Assembly (NCBI RefSeq): GCF_009914755.1
Contig: NC_060934.1
Reading direction: 5' to 3' (one strand)
Source of the DNA: the human T2T-CHM13v2.0 reference genome, Homo sapiens
Length of the DNA stretch: 64,000 nucleotides
In this document: in pieces, positions 62,360-64,000 of the stretch
Layout of the letters: each line of letters starts with the position of its first letter
Position numbering within the stretch: the stretch's first letter is position 1
The notes under the pieces: model-generated
Told to the model about the DNA's origin: nothing
Seen by the model: the letters and a program-made list of their open reading frames with translations, nothing else
Database searches by the model: none
Position numbers and translations under genes: made by a program

Positions 62360-62492
62360 AGCTGAGCGCAGTGGCTCACGCGTGTAATTCAGTACTCTGG
62401 GAGGCTGAGGCAGGAGGATCGCTTGAGCCCAGGAGTTCGTGACCAGCCTGGACAACATAGTGAGACCCTGGCTCCACAAAACATTAAAAAAG
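62360..62492 (+). mobile_element. FLAM/Alu left monomer
   Basis: gcgcagtggctcacg...gagcccaggagttcgtgaccagcctgg. Confidence 0.85.
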
Positions 62493-62719
62493 GTAGACAA
62501 TTTCCCACTTTTCTTGTCTGTCAGTTTGTCGTATCCAGAGTGCCCTGTTGCTGAGCTCACCGCCTGGCAGCCTCGGTAAACTCTGCCTCCTTGGAGGGCA
62601 GCTCTACTCCTCTTTCTGCATATGTACTAAATTCTTCTCAGAGAAGTTTTATGTGAAGGAGTTGTGATTTCCAAAAACTCTCTGGCTGGATGTGTTTTTT
62701 GACTGTTGTGTGTCATCGT

Positions 62720-63480
62720 TTGAGTCCCTGCAGTATGCACACAGCTCTGCCAGGTGCCGCAGAGCAGGAAACAAATGGCCTTGCCCGGCACCTTGCCTCT
62801 GCCCAGCGTGTAGAGGAGAGAAGTGATTGGGTCGGTAATGGTAGGAAACGAACTCGTTGCCAGAGTAGGGGTGCGTTGAAATGGGTGAACTTGCCGAGTC
62901 AGGGTAGCAGAGCGCTGGCTACAGCGAGTTCATGAAGGACTGGGAGGAGAGGGTGTGGTGACCACGAGTCCAAAGAGCTGCCTAGCTTGGGTCATCCCGC
63001 TCCAGGTGGTCTCTGCTGGAAGCAGTGGCTTCTTCCACTGCAGGGGGTGTCTTTGACGGGGAGATTATGGCTGTTCTCTTTTGGGTTCTTCTGTTTTTCA
63101 TGAAATAAGCAGATTCATTAATGGGAAGTGGGGTGAGTGGCTGGGGTGCTGGAAGTTTGAGGGGAGAGGAGAGGTGTGAGACAGTCATTTTGAGGAGGGA
63201 GGAGCCGTGGTCTGGGAGCATCAAATGAAGGAAGGAGAAACTCTCCCCCCGGGGAGTGGGGTGTGAGACAACAGAGAGCCCCCATGGAGAGGGCCTGGGA
63301 GAAGCTGCTGTCAGGGATTGCAAGTTTCAGACTAAGAGGATGAATGGAGCCTTCAGAGAGGGCGGGTGCGCGGGTCGGACGGGTGCGCGGGTTGGAGTAC
63401 AGGAGGCCCAGAGCTTGGCGGCGGTGAGAGTCCGAGTGAAGACGGATAGCTGCTTGGGCCTGAAGTCAGCGGGATGATGT
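62720..63480 (-). mobile_element. L2-like remnant (antisense)
   Basis: Purine-rich degenerate segment resembling antisense L2 ORF2. Confidence 0.4.
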
Positions 63481-63739
63481 TTGCTGCAGAATGGAATACC
63501 TGCAGAGGGCACAGGTCCCAGATATGCAGTACTGACTGTCGCCCAGCAAAGACCCCCAGTAAATACCCAGCCCCACTAGGAGCACGTTGCCAGGACGCCA
63601 GGCCCTCCCTCCCTCCGGGGCAGCTCCTACCCCAGCTGGCATCGCACATCGGACACCCCGTTCTTGAATGTGGTATAAGTGGAATTGCACCCTAAGTCCT
63701 CTGCAGTGTTTGGCTTTCTGTAACTAACCTGGGGTGTTA

Positions 63740-64000
63740 CGCGATGGTCATTTGTTTTCATTGCTGTGTGATGTTCTGTTGTATGAATATGCCACAGTTT
63801 ATGCATCTTTTCTACTCTTGACGGACATTTGAGTTGATTCTTTTGTGAACGTGCTGTGAACATTCTCGTAAGTGGTTCAGTGATGCACATATGTAGTTCT
63901 GGGGGCTGTGTGTCTGGAGTGGAGTTTCTGGGTCACGGGATATGCATGTTTCACCTTAGTGGATATTGTCCGATGGTTTTCAGAGTTGCTGTACCCATGT
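63740..64000 (-). mobile_element. Old L1 3' region (antisense)
   Basis: ttcattgctgtgtgatgttctgttgtatgaatatgccacagtttat...ggacatttgagttg. Confidence 0.75.

Overview
Primate (very likely human) genomic DNA, not microbial. The window holds the CpG-island promoter, the first two coding exons and about 27 kb of intron 2 of PPP2R2D (PP2A regulatory subunit B55-delta, + strand). The two exons splice to MAGAGGGGCPAGGNDFQWCFSQVKGAIDEDVAE; in human this gene lies at distal 10q26. The ~35 kb upstream contains no recognisable protein-coding gene. It holds a frameshifted processed RPL19 pseudogene, a 34-nt U2 snRNA retrocopy with target-site duplication (TSD), many Alu/L1/L2/MIR/LTR/DNA-transposon relics, and four adjacent tandem arrays (16-bp, TG-rich, 15-bp and a 2.9-kb 21-bp VNTR). 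The most notable structures are: (1) a 4.7-kb intronic minisatellite whose unit is an amplified piece of the antisense L1 it interrupts, with an ~810-bp internal block duplication; (2) a 21-bp VNTR carrying an E-box and a CTCF-like sequence in essentially every unit; (3) an old inverted duplication around 7.5-8.9 kb that I do not recognise as a transposon; (4) a 5'UTR CGG tract open as poly-Gly and as in-frame poly-Ala. Repeat family names come from memory of consensus sequences, boundaries are approximate, and all need RepeatMasker/Dfam confirmation. I found no convincing novel protein-coding system; the long ORFs are tandem-repeat artefacts.
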